Made by a program: the position numbers and the translations under genes | Part shown: in pieces, positions 51,395-60,246 of the stretch | Layout of the letters: each line of letters starts with the position of its first letter | Numbering within the stretch: position 1 is the stretch's first letter | The notes under the pieces: model-generated | The model's input: only the letters and a program-made list of their open reading frames with translations | What the model was told of the DNA's origin: nothing | Databases searched by the model: none | Virus record (IMG/VR): IMGVR_UViG_3300024999_000051 | Reading direction: 5' to 3' (one strand) | Source of the DNA: an uncultured virus (IMG/VR IMGVR_UViG_3300024999_000051) | Lineage: Duplodnaviria; Heunggongvirae; Uroviricota; Caudoviricetes | Length of the DNA stretch: 64,000 bases

Positions 51395-51655
51395 TTAGGT
51401 TATTGAGGTAATATCCCACGAATAAACTTGAATTCTTTTCCCTTCTGCGGTCACTAGATTATAAACGATTGCGTCAGATTGATGACTAAAAAATACATGA
51501 AGACATTTTCCTTCTACTGGAGTAGATTCCCATGTCCTTAAATTAACTTTATTTGCTTTGACATATTTCCCAATGTTTTGTTTTTGGTGGTTTGCGCTCT
51601 CATTCATTGCGTTATCAATTGCTGCATTTTTACTTGCCATTGAAGAAAAATCCAT
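51395..51655 (-). CDS. hypothetical protein
   Basis: AAGGAG RBS. Confidence 0.65.
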   Translation of the reverse strand: MDFSSMASKNAAIDNAMNESANHQKQNIGKYVKANKVNLRTWESTPVEGKCLHVFFSHQSDAIVYNLVTAEGKRIQVYSWDITSIT

Positions 51656-51739
51656 TTAATCCAACTCCTTTTAAGTTTTCACGCAAACACGCTATGCATT
51701 GTTATTATCACAGCGCATTAATTCAAAAACTTTTTAGGA

Positions 51740-51994
51740 TTATAAAATAACTCCAATTTGGCATACTTGATATGTTACACGTAAATTTTCATGTAAATTT
51801 AATGCTTCAAGCCACATTGTAGGATCAATGTCTTTTTCTTGACATTTTTTAATATTTCTTCTAAATACATTTGATTCGTCTTGATTCAAGCATGATTCCA
51901 TTTGAGATTCTGCGAACTCCTTAGTACCAGTGGTAGCCTGTTGAATATCCATTTTACCAGTGTTAAAAACCTTGACAATTGCATACATATTCAT
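51740..51994 (-). CDS. hypothetical protein, first gene after the long leader
   Basis: AGAGG RBS before MNMYA. Confidence 0.65.
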   Translation of the reverse strand: MNMYAIVKVFNTGKMDIQQATTGTKEFAESQMESCLNQDESNVFRRNIKKCQEKDIDPTMWLEALNLHENLRVTYQVCQIGVIL

Positions 51995-52014
51995 AATTCT
52001 AACCTCTTTCATTC

Positions 52015-52885
52015 TTAATTTTGCCCAAGGTCTAAACTCATTTGTTATAAGTTCACACCTTAAGTTTAATTAATCCCTTCAGCCTGTAGTATAGATAATT
52101 TAACCACTAACCATTACCACAAGCCAGTTATAACGCTCACACAATTAAAGTTAAGTTATGTTAAACCTTAATATTAGATAATTCAGTTTTGGTTGCAATA
52201 ACCTCCGGTGAATTATCTAAAAGATTAAAGTAAATGATAATTAACTATACGACCATGTGATTGTTATTGATAGGCAAGCAATTTACACTTCACTATTTTA
52301 CTAAGTCCGTAGAAATAATAAGCAAGTGTTATGCAAATATAGTGCAATTGTTATGATTAAATTGTAATAATGATAGAGTGAAGGGATTTGGTAGAATGTT
52401 TATCCTTTCCTCTATCCTTTATAAATTCTAACATATTTTGTATTCCGTGTATCTCTATTTTCTTTTGGCGGTCATGAATCATCATTCGATCATGGGAAGC
52501 TTTCAAGAAAATTTTAATATAGAGGGAATATCCCATATGCTAGAATTTAGAAGGGATAGAGAATTGGATAAATGAAAGAGAGATTTATACTAGCCCATAT
52601 CGCACTCGAATTTTTTACCACGTTCTTGATTATAACCCTCAGAGGATATTCTAAAAGAATACTCTAATGTATGTTATTTGACAAGTGTTGGCTGGCTAGC
52701 CTCTTAATTCAATTTTCAAAGAACGTCTCAACTCTTTTTCAAGAATTCGCACTAGGTTGTTTTCCTAGTCACGCCACAAGATACTTTGTGGTTGTTGGCC
52801 CTCCTTATGTATATTATTTTTAGGTTCAAGTGAACATTTGACTTTGCTAGTGGTTCAAGAGGTTGTTGTTTGTTTCCCTCTTATG
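52015..52885 (-). ncRNA. ~0.9-kb structured non-coding leader RNA
   Basis: No ORF of 60 aa or more; many hairpins including a ~175-nt rod (52399-52572); boxA; repeated AUAAC(A). Confidence 0.65.
52713..52724 (-). promoter_or_regulatory. rrn-type boxA antitermination motif
   Basis: GTTCTTTGAAAA on minus strand, after three short hairpins, ~160 nt from the predicted TSS. Confidence 0.7.
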
Positions 52886-52891
52886 TTCCCT

Positions 52892-52920
52892 ATTTTATAT
52901 TAATGAACTAAATAAGTCAA
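52892..52920 (-). promoter_or_regulatory. sigmaA-type promoter of the leader
   Basis: TTGACT-N17-TAAAAT. Confidence 0.7.
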
Positions 52921-53001
52921 GGAAAACTTTTATATATTACTTGTTTATGGAGTCCTATTTTATTGTAGATATTTTATAAACAATTTAAAACTTCTGAAGA
53001 C

Positions 53002-53034
53002 AAAAAGACTAAGTATTTATACTTAGTCTTTTTG
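53002..53034. terminator. bidirectional intrinsic terminator
   Basis: AAAAAGACTAAGTA/TACTTAGTCTTTTT. Confidence 0.8.
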
Positions 53035-53045
53035 TCTTTTGTTTA

Positions 53046-54101
53046 TTACTTTGCTGGTGCTAATAAATCATTTCCTTTAAATCCTTTTTTAACCCTCTCG
53101 TACCATGTCACCTTACTTATTCCTGCAATTGAACACCATTCATCTACCATACGACTAACCCCATTTATTTCTATATACTTTCTCCTTCCTACTCTTGTTC
53201 TAGGTTTTAATAAATCATTTATATTCCATCCATAAGCTATTCTATTTATAATTATTTCTCTTGTTAGACCTGAAATTTCGGCCCATTCAGTAATCGTATG
53301 TATTTCTCCATTAATTTCTACATGTTTTGTTTCTCTTGGCTCAAGATCCTTAATTAACTCATTTCCTTCTAATCCTTTATGATATCTATCTTGTATTACA
53401 TAATATGGTATATTATATTCCTCTGATAATTCTTTCATAGTTTTTATTTCTCCTTCCATGTTTATTTTTATAAAATGCTGATCTTCTAAAATATCCTTGC
53501 CTTTCTCTGATCTATTCTTTATAGTATAAGATTTAATTCCAGTTTCTTCGCTCCATTGCGTTAATGGTTTTATTTCATTGTCATACTCAATATAAATAGT
53601 ATTTGTTTTATTATTTTGTTGTTCTTTATGCGTTGCCCATCTACAATTGTCTGGTTCGTAATTTCCATCGTTTTCAATCCTATCAATTGTTAAATTGTCT
53701 TCATAACCGTTATTTAAAGCCCATGTATAGAATTTTTTACTATCTTTTAACCATTCATCACAAACAGTAATTCCCTTTCCTCCGTAGTATTTATAACCAT
53801 TAGTTTTAGGGTTATAGCATCTACCTTTCATGTTTGAATAAGTTTGCTGTAATCTTTCTGGGATTTTGTTTTTAGGTTTTTTGGGTTTATTGTATTTTTT
53901 ACTATTTTTACTCAAACATTTTTTACATAGTCCATTTAAGCCGTCTTTAGTATTTGTTGGATTTTTATTAAAATATTTATCATTACAAGGAAACCAAGGA
54001 CTTTCTTCAGGAAAATAGATATAATGTTTATTACATAACTTTTCTAATTCTCCATTATCGTTTAATCTGTGATTTTCTTCATAAGGTACTAATTTTGGCA
54101 T
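53046..54101 (-). CDS. HNH homing endonuclease with C-terminal HTH-like repeats
   Basis: MKGRCYNP...YGGKGITVCDEW...LTIDRIENDGNYEPDNCRWAT; repeated INGE..T..EW units. Confidence 0.85.
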   Translation of the reverse strand: MPKLVPYEENHRLNDNGELEKLCNKHYIYFPEESPWFPCNDKYFNKNPTNTKDGLNGLCKKCLSKNSKKYNKPKKPKNKIPERLQQTYSNMKGRCYNPKTNGYKYYGGKGITVCDEWLKDSKKFYTWALNNGYEDNLTIDRIENDGNYEPDNCRWATHKEQQNNKTNTIYIEYDNEIKPLTQWSEETGIKSYTIKNRSEKGKDILEDQHFIKINMEGEIKTMKELSEEYNIPYYVIQDRYHKGLEGNELIKDLEPRETKHVEINGEIHTITEWAEISGLTREIIINRIAYGWNINDLLKPRTRVGRRKYIEINGVSRMVDEWCSIAGISKVTWYERVKKGFKGNDLLAPAK

Positions 54102-54402
54102 TAATTATTTCCTCTTTCTTTTTATAATTTATTTATTAATCCACCATCAATAATAACCTATTTATGTATAACCAAAAATATTAATCAAAATCTCCTATCT
54201 CCTTTCATAAAATTATTTTTGTATCTAGGGTACTCTTAAGTATAACATACTTAAAATAATATTGTACACTCTCAAATAACCATGTTTTAACCTGTTTACA
54301 GTCGTTTATATGGTATTATCTATTGATTGCTACCATATACACAGTATTACTATATATTTAATATTATTTTTAGATTTGCATTGATCTCCAGCCACAATTA
54401 AC

Positions 54403-54486
54403 CCTATTTTGATTCTGAGACGTTTAAATCAACGCTAGGTAGGATTATACTAGGCAATACAATCTAAAGGCAAGAAGGGCCATTTC
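54403..54486. repeat. degenerate ~85-bp spacer element, copy A
   Basis: TATTTTGATTcTG....GTTTAAA...TAG...GGATTATA...AGGGCCATT, aligns with copy B. Confidence 0.6.
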
Positions 54487-54550
54487 TGTCTGTGTGTTTT
54501 GAGGGTGCGAAGGATTAAAAAAGGGAAAATGAGTTATCCGGCTGAATGAG

Positions 54551-54584
54551 CAAAGAAAAAGACTAGAATTTTATTTCTAGTCTT
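54551..54584 (-). terminator. intrinsic terminator
   Basis: AAGACTAGAA/TTCTAGTCTT plus U tract. Confidence 0.75.
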
Positions 54585-54778
54585 TAGATATTTCTATTTA
54601 GATTTTTAAAAATTTCTTTTCGTTCCGGCAAGATGAGCGATTTAAGATATTCTATTCTTTTATTTTCCGAAGGATTATCTTCTACAAATAACTCTGCTTG
54701 TTCTATCATAATTGATATACGCTTTTTTAATTCTCTCCATTTTTTGTTCAATTGCTTTTCTGTTTTCATGTGCGCCAA
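54584..54778 (-). CDS. hypothetical basic protein
   Basis: Own promoter, AAGGAG RBS and terminator. Confidence 0.65.
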   Translation of the reverse strand: MAHMKTEKQLNKKWRELKKRISIMIEQAELFVEDNPSENKRIEYLKSLILPERKEIFKNLNRNI

Positions 54779-54809
54779 CTCCTTAAAATTTATTTATGTA
54801 ATGTCTATA

Positions 54810-54838
54810 ATTATATAGATTTTTAGCAGTTAAGTCAA
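54810..54838 (-). promoter_or_regulatory. sigmaA promoter
   Basis: TTGACT-N17-TATAAT. Confidence 0.75.
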
Positions 54839-54887
54839 TAATTATATTAGGATTTGCAAAAAGAAAAAGATGCTAAAATATAGCATC

Positions 54888-55367
54888 TTAATAATCAAAC
54901 TTATCTATAATTATTACGTCCTCATAAGATTTTAACTCTGTACCACATTTCCCCATTCTGTCATGATATTGTAGTATAGAAAACAATCCCTTTAACTTTT
55001 CAGTAACATTCTTGTTCGTGCCTTTGAAACCATCAAATGTTAGATAATACCAACCGTCCCATTCCCCGAAATATAACTCTATGAAATGAGATATATGAGT
55101 TTTTGAAGCATCGATTCCCATTTCCCACGTTTTGCCTTTTCTCTGCTTGAATAATTCAAATTCCTTCAATGCCTTTTCCGTTTTCAGACTGGAGAAGATA
55201 GCTATATTAAATTCTCTTACTTCTTTTTCTTCCTTGTATGTAGTTGTTTTGGCTCCGCATACTGAACATACGCCAGTATTTTGTTTGTCGCTTGATCCAT
55301 GCTTTTCGCAAACAGAATATTTTCTTTTGCCATCGTTAGTGACAATGGACATTTCTTTGATTTGCAT
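54888..55367 (-). CDS. hypothetical Zn-binding protein
   Basis: CEKH...CSVC; AAGGAG RBS. Confidence 0.7.
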   Translation of the reverse strand: MQIKEMSIVTNDGKRKYSVCEKHGSSDKQNTGVCSVCGAKTTTYKEEKEVREFNIAIFSSLKTEKALKEFELFKQRKGKTWEMGIDASKTHISHFIELYFGEWDGWYYLTFDGFKGTNKNVTEKLKGLFSILQYHDRMGKCGTELKSYEDVIIIDKFDY

Positions 55368-55422
55368 TTTATTTTGCTCCTTTCAATTTACCAGAATTTA
55401 ATAGGATAAATAAGATAATTAC

Positions 55423-55451
55423 ATTGTATAGAATAATAAAGGTAATGTCAA
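55423..55451 (-). promoter_or_regulatory. sigmaA promoter
   Basis: TTGACA-N17-TACAAT. Confidence 0.7.
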
Positions 55452-55480
55452 TATTATTTTAGTATTTATGGGCATTATAC

Positions 55481-55568
55481 CTATATTTTGATTATGGCAG
55501 GTTTAAAACGTGTTAGAGGGGAATTGTATATGGATATAGGTTATGAGGGCTTAAAGAGGGCATTGTGT
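55481..55568. repeat. degenerate ~85-bp spacer element, copy B
   Basis: TATTTTGATTaTG....GTTTAAA...TAG..GGGAATTGTA...GCTTAAAGAGGGCATTGTG. Confidence 0.6.
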
Positions 55569-55624
55569 GCGTGGTGTTTGGGTTAGTGACAACAGGAATG
55601 AGAATTTTATATATTTTATATTTA

Positions 55625-55661
55625 GACAAAAAGAAAGACTAGGTTTGTGGCCTAGTCTTTA
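55625..55661 (-). terminator. intrinsic terminator
   Basis: AAAGACTAGG/CCTAGTCTTT plus U tract. Confidence 0.75.
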
Positions 55662-55669
55662 GTATCCTT

Positions 55670-56836
55670 TCAAGCAATTTTACACCTAGTTAAAATAGTC
55701 TGCTTCGCTCCTGCATATTCCGAATGGTCTTTTATTCTTCCTTTAATTTTAACAACTTCACCTTGATCCGCTCTTACTGAATTTGAGGACTTCCATACAA
55801 AAATATTTCCATTTTGATCTAAGAATTTATGAATATAGGATGTTCCCCATTCGGTATCAAAAGAATATGAATTCATATAGGTTAATTCAGTTTGAATTTT
55901 TTCACTGACTTCTCCAACATAATTAGAATCTTTTTTACCTTCATTTTCCTTTGCTCTTTTGATATCCTTTTCAATTTCCTTTTGATAAGCTACATAAGCA
56001 TAGGCCACAATTCCGTTTATTTTGGTGTACTCATTACTAAGATATACTTTGATATTGTTTTGGAATGTTTCATATTCTTTGAACTCTTTGCTTTTGAAGT
56101 AGGTTATAACTTCATTCGCCATTACTTCATATTTTTCATTTTTGCCAGATTTTTTGGTTAGATCCCAAGCTCCGTTTTTAGTTTCTTCCTTTTTGTACCC
56201 TTCTGAGTTAATCAAGTTTAGACAATTTGTAAGATAATCAAGAGTTTTTAAATACTTAGATTGTTTTCCGAGGTTGTCATAATCCATTGCAGGTTCTTCA
56301 ATACAAATGTCGTGTATGTCTTGATAATTGCCTATGATGCTTAGTCCGTCAATCCCTGTATACTCTTTTATGCAAGTGCTGCCAACTTGGATAATTTCAT
56401 TTTCTGAATTAATCAGAAGGACTGTTTTGTTTCTCTTTCTGTCAGAATTGCAATGTTGACAGTGACTTTTTACTGTTCGATATTCAACAGGGATAGAAGC
56501 ATTTTCCTTGATAACGTGTATAATATTTTCGTTTGAGCCTTCAACCGCATTATGTTCAATTACTGCCAGAACTTCATATTCGCCTAATTTTAGTGATTCC
56601 ATTTCGAAAGTGTAGGAAGTAACATCTACAACAACCGTTCCGCAATCTTTAGGGCTGAATTGCCAAGATGGTATATTATCGCGGTTGACATAATCAATTA
56701 CTCTAACCTCTTCGACTGATTCACCTAATTTCTCGAAAGACCATTTAAGATTATTTTTATCAAGTTTTTTGGTGATCCGCTTAATTTTCTTTTCGAGTTC
56801 GGCGAAATCTGAAGTAAAGCATTTGTAAACTTTCAT
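55670..56836 (-). CDS. conserved phage protein with Zn finger and C-terminal OB-fold-like domain
   Basis: CQHC..R.R...VGSTC..Y.G; YVGEV...KG.IKDH..Y.G.KQT.LTRCK; AAGGAGG RBS. Confidence 0.75.
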   Translation of the reverse strand: MKVYKCFTSDFAELEKKIKRITKKLDKNNLKWSFEKLGESVEEVRVIDYVNRDNIPSWQFSPKDCGTVVVDVTSYTFEMESLKLGEYEVLAVIEHNAVEGSNENIIHVIKENASIPVEYRTVKSHCQHCNSDRKRNKTVLLINSENEIIQVGSTCIKEYTGIDGLSIIGNYQDIHDICIEEPAMDYDNLGKQSKYLKTLDYLTNCLNLINSEGYKKEETKNGAWDLTKKSGKNEKYEVMANEVITYFKSKEFKEYETFQNNIKVYLSNEYTKINGIVAYAYVAYQKEIEKDIKRAKENEGKKDSNYVGEVSEKIQTELTYMNSYSFDTEWGTSYIHKFLDQNGNIFVWKSSNSVRADQGEVVKIKGRIKDHSEYAGAKQTILTRCKIA

Positions 56837-56924
56837 TTGATTGACCTCCTTTAATATGTATCTGATATTTATATTATAGCACAGAATCAATAAAAATAGT
56901 CATGTCTGATAAATTTATTTTTAC

Positions 56925-57010
56925 ATCTAAAGAGGTTTAAAGGGTTATGTTTTGCTAGTGGTGCAATTATATAAAGTATAGAGTTCTGACTGCTTACAGT
57001 GCAATTGTGA
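56925..57010. repeat. degenerate ~85-bp spacer element, copy C
   Basis: GAGGTTTAAA...GCTAG...CAATTATA...GCTTACAGTGCAATTGTG. Confidence 0.5.
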
Positions 57011-57059
57011 GCGTGTAGGAGGATTTTAGGGCAAAGAAAAAGAACTAATTGCTTAGTTC

Positions 57060-57266
57060 TTAGTTATTCTGCACAATATATTTTATGTTTCTTTTCTCAA
57101 GTGACTTTTTAAGATTTTCAAAAACTCCATAATCTGTATAATATTTATCTCCTAGTTGCACAATTGCCGATTTGAATTTTTTACCTTGCTCAGTGTATGT
57201 TTTCACTTGTAAAATGTCATTAGGTGTTACTTTAGACACTAGAGTCTCAAAGGTTAATTTTCTCAT
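57060..57266 (-). CDS. hypothetical protein
   Basis: AAGGA RBS; terminator 57032-57061 at its end. Confidence 0.65.
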   Translation of the reverse strand: MRKLTFETLVSKVTPNDILQVKTYTEQGKKFKSAIVQLGDKYYTDYGVFENLKKSLEKRNIKYIVQNN

Positions 57267-57434
57267 TTTTGCTCATTCCTTTCTTTTGCGTTCTTTTCTG
57301 CTTCCTGCTCACTGGCGTATGAAGCAAAGGCGAATCCTATTTTATAATCAGTATGAAAGATGCAGTAAGATCCTGATTCCTCATCATAGTCCACGAAATA
57401 TTTTCCCATTGCAAGTTGTTCTTTTTCGGTCATT

Positions 57435-57896
57435 TTATTTAACTCCTTTCATCCCGATCATTTTTTCAAAATATCCTGCTGCTTGAGAGTTCGCGCCATC
57501 AAATTTATATGCAATTGTGCCAATTATACAAGAGTCTAAGGAATCATATGATCTGGAAATGTTTTGATAATTAATATAAGCATGAAAGGCGATAACCTTT
57601 TTCCCTTCATTTTTAAGGTCATAATCATTAATATATTCAAAAATTAAGTATTCGCCTATGGTGTGAACCTTGATAACCTCTCCCCACGTAAAATCCTGTT
57701 TCATATACTCAATTCTTTCCTCATGATTTGCCTCAAACATATTGACATTAACATCGTCTTCAGTTACGACTTCAAAATCATCATAGGAGCGAACATATAC
57801 GCCAGCAGGGATAAATAATAATTTTTCGTCACCTTTGATTATTTTTCCTAGTTTGTTGTTGTGCTTAACAATTGCACCAACTATTGATTTTTTCAT
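57435..57896 (-). CDS. hypothetical protein
   Basis: AAGGGGA RBS. Confidence 0.75.
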   Translation of the reverse strand: MKKSIVGAIVKHNNKLGKIIKGDEKLLFIPAGVYVRSYDDFEVVTEDDVNVNMFEANHEERIEYMKQDFTWGEVIKVHTIGEYLIFEYINDYDLKNEGKKVIAFHAYINYQNISRSYDSLDSCIIGTIAYKFDGANSQAAGYFEKMIGMKGVK

Positions 57897-58061
57897 AATA
57901 TGTATTCCCCTTTCAATTCCCTAAAATTTGATTTGATTAATAATATCATAGAATTAAGCAAAATAGAAGATGGTCAGAATATTTATTTTTATAGATATTG
58001 TGGCTCCGATATTATCCAGAATAAGCTATAGGTTTCACGGGACAAAAGAAAAAGAAGGTTA

Positions 58062-58298
58062 TTAGCCTTCTTGCACTACTTTAAATTGACTTGCTATGCC
58101 TATTTTACCCATTCCTAAATTCCATTGGTAGTCTTCTATTTGTTCTAGTTCTGAAAGATATAATTTAGAATAATTAAAAATGATATAAGGGTTTTTCTTT
58201 CCGTTCACTTTTACCATATGTTCTGTGCAACCGTGTTTCCCATACGGTTTATTGCTTATTACCTGTACACGGTTTGAGCTATCTGTTTTTAATTCCAT
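58062..58298 (-). CDS. hypothetical protein
   Basis: AGGAGG RBS; terminator 58043-58072. Confidence 0.65.
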   Translation of the reverse strand: MELKTDSSNRVQVISNKPYGKHGCTEHMVKVNGKKNPYIIFNYSKLYLSELEQIEDYQWNLGMGKIGIASQFKVVQEG

Positions 58299-58429
58299 TA
58301 TGTATTCCTCCTAAAATTTGATCATAATGAATTATAGCATATAAATAATAAAGTGTAAAGTAATAAATAATAAATTACATCCCGATAAAATGGGCATTTG
58401 AAGTAAAAGAAAAAGAAGGTTAAAACCTT

Positions 58430-58615
58430 CTATAAAATTTCTTTGAGTTTATTTCTACAATTGATACATAAATTAATTTTAATAGTAATTAATAACTCTT
58501 TTTCTGTATCAATTGTATTATCTGTTTTAATTATTAATTCTTTTATGTCGTTTTCATTGTAGTAATAACCACAATTTTGACACAATTGCATTTTACCATT
58601 ATTTAATTTAATCAT
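58430..58615 (-). CDS. small Zn-binding protein
   Basis: CQNC...CINC; terminator 58405-58431. Confidence 0.65.
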   Translation of the reverse strand: MIKLNNGKMQLCQNCGYYYNENDIKELIIKTDNTIDTEKELLITIKINLCINCRNKLKEIL

Positions 58616-58791
58616 TTTTCAACTCTCCTTTAACTTTTTAATTTTTTAGAATCCTTTTTGATTAAATCCGATTCCTTTTTTATATTTTTACTGCAACAAT
58701 GTGGACACCATGTTGCATATTTTAATACGCCAAATTTATTATTGCAATCTAGACAAAAATAGGTGATTGTATACATTTTAATTCTTCTCCT

Positions 58792-59031
58792 TTATTGTAA
58801 ATATAAAATTATAAAATTATCTTCTCTTACTTCTTCGATAAATAATGAATATATGGTGTAATTGTCTTCGTCTTTAAAACCTTTATTCTTTGTTTCTTTT
58901 AGAGGATAATCAAATAAATACATTATAGTCGTTCCATGAGTGCCGAATTTGACAAAGCATTTATATAGAGTTTTCATTTTAAATTTATTATTGATTAATA
59001 TTTTCCGTTTTACTTTTTCAATTGAATACAT
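58792..59031 (-). CDS. hypothetical protein
   Basis: AAGGAGG RBS. Confidence 0.65.
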   Translation of the reverse strand: MYSIEKVKRKILINNKFKMKTLYKCFVKFGTHGTTIMYLFDYPLKETKNKGFKDEDNYTIYSLFIEEVREDNFIILYLQ

Positions 59032-59094
59032 TTCTATTCACCTCCTTAAAATTAATACAAAGAATAAATAGGACTAGTTTTCTAGTCCTTAATT

Positions 59095-59439
59095 TTACTT
59101 AATTACTTGATAATATCTAAAATTGTATTCCTTATATTTACATGCGCTATCCGTATTCCGTTTACCTTTATAATATCCTAATTCCTCTTTAGTTGTCCAT
59201 GTTTTTGCGTATTGATGACTAACAATAATTTTCAGAGAATCAATGACCTTTTGTTTGATATTCGTTCCTTGGTCTTTCAATTCTTCTGCCCAAGACTCCA
59301 TTTTAGATATGTAATTATTATAGTTTGATCCATTTTGACTTCCGCAATATTTTTCAGTGATTGCATCGATAATTTCCGTAGTTGTCATAGGTTTATTAGC
59401 TTCTTTGAGAATAAAATAGATTTCGCGTTCGAAGGTCAT
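59095..59439 (-). CDS. putative winged-helix protein
   Basis: IYFILKEANKPMTTTEIIDAI (HARE-HTH-like); AAGGAGG RBS. Confidence 0.6.
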   Translation of the reverse strand: MTFEREIYFILKEANKPMTTTEIIDAITEKYCGSQNGSNYNNYISKMESWAEELKDQGTNIKQKVIDSLKIIVSHQYAKTWTTKEELGYYKGKRNTDSACKYKEYNFRYYQVIK

Positions 59440-59468
59440 AATTTGAACCTCCTTTAATTTTTAGGAAT

Positions 59469-59607
59469 GAATACTGCTGAATTATCTTAGTTTTCGCCTT
59501 ATGGGTATTCGTTAGATTATTTCCCATTCTCCCTCGCCTGTCAGTCCGTTCTGATTTCTCAGCGTCTTTTCCGTCTGTAGGAGATTCCATGCGTTCAGCT
59601 AATATTC
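59469..59607 (-). ncRNA. structured 5' leader RNA candidate
   Basis: Closing stem GAAUAUUAGCUGAA/UUCAGCAGUAUUC; inner UCUCC/GGAGA, CUGA-GAAA-UCAG, AUGGG/CCCAU. Confidence 0.55.
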
Positions 59608-59621
59608 AGTTCCTAATTAGT

Positions 59622-59649
59622 ATTATACGCTTATTTTAGGTAATGTCAA
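59622..59649 (-). promoter_or_regulatory. sigmaA promoter
   Basis: TTGACA-N16-TATAAT. Confidence 0.7.
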
Positions 59650-59830
59650 CTAGTTTAATAAAATTATTTTACACTTCACACAATAGAATAAAACAAGAGA
59701 TTTAATTTATTTGGGAGAATTATGTGTAAAAGGATTTATAAGAGCTTACAGGCAATCATGGAAGGTCTGAGAGGGATTATATAGGGATAGAATAAAGAGC
59801 ATAGACAAAAGCAAAACAAAAGAGAATCAA

Positions 59831-60127
59831 TTAAGATTCTCTAATATCTTCTGCCAAATAATTTAATCCTTCAATTGGTTCAATACCTGCTTCAGAAAAT
59901 TTTATATACCTATGCGTAATATGTATTCCTTGTTCAATCCAGATTAAAAATTGATTTCTTTTAATTTCCTCCTCTAGTCTGGTATAAACTAGACCACGGC
60001 TGACAGGTAAATTATTTTTGCAGTATTCCTCGATTTCCTGAATTTTGTTTTTGATCAATTGTTTTTCGTTTTGGATGTCTAAATGGACTTGATCCCAATA
60101 GGCAATACGCTCAGGGGATATTGACAT
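59831..60127 (-). CDS. hypothetical protein
   Basis: GAGGGA RBS. Confidence 0.65.
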   Translation of the reverse strand: MSISPERIAYWDQVHLDIQNEKQLIKNKIQEIEEYCKNNLPVSRGLVYTRLEEEIKRNQFLIWIEQGIHITHRYIKFSEAGIEPIEGLNYLAEDIRES

Positions 60128-60172
60128 TATGTATTCCCTCTTTTCTTTTTGCTAATTTGAATTGATTACAAT

Positions 60173-60204
60173 AAAAAACCTATGATTTATATTATCATAG
60201 GTTT
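60173..60204 (-). terminator. intrinsic terminator
   Basis: AAACCTATGAT/ATCATAGGTTT plus U tract. Confidence 0.7.
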
Positions 60205-60246
60205 AGTGGTTTGGTAAAATATTATTTTAACATTTACAATAAGATA

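Noticed and set aside
38300..52100. Hairpins as integron attC sites or a CRISPR array
   Set aside because: No RYYYAAC/GTTRRRY ends, no constant repeat-spacer period, and no intI or cas genes
38300..52700. TGTTATA read as plus-strand extended -10 promoters
   Set aside because: The last T of the -10 is not conserved, variants TGTTATT and TGTTATG occur, and there is no consistent -35; not excluded for single sites
57270..57435. GC-richer stretch as possible tRNA or ncRNA
   Set aside because: Reads as a 56-aa minus-strand gene (MTEKEQLAMGKYF...); no cloverleaf
59396..59590. 64-aa minus-strand ORF
   Set aside because: No RBS, overlaps the next gene, and coincides with the folded leader
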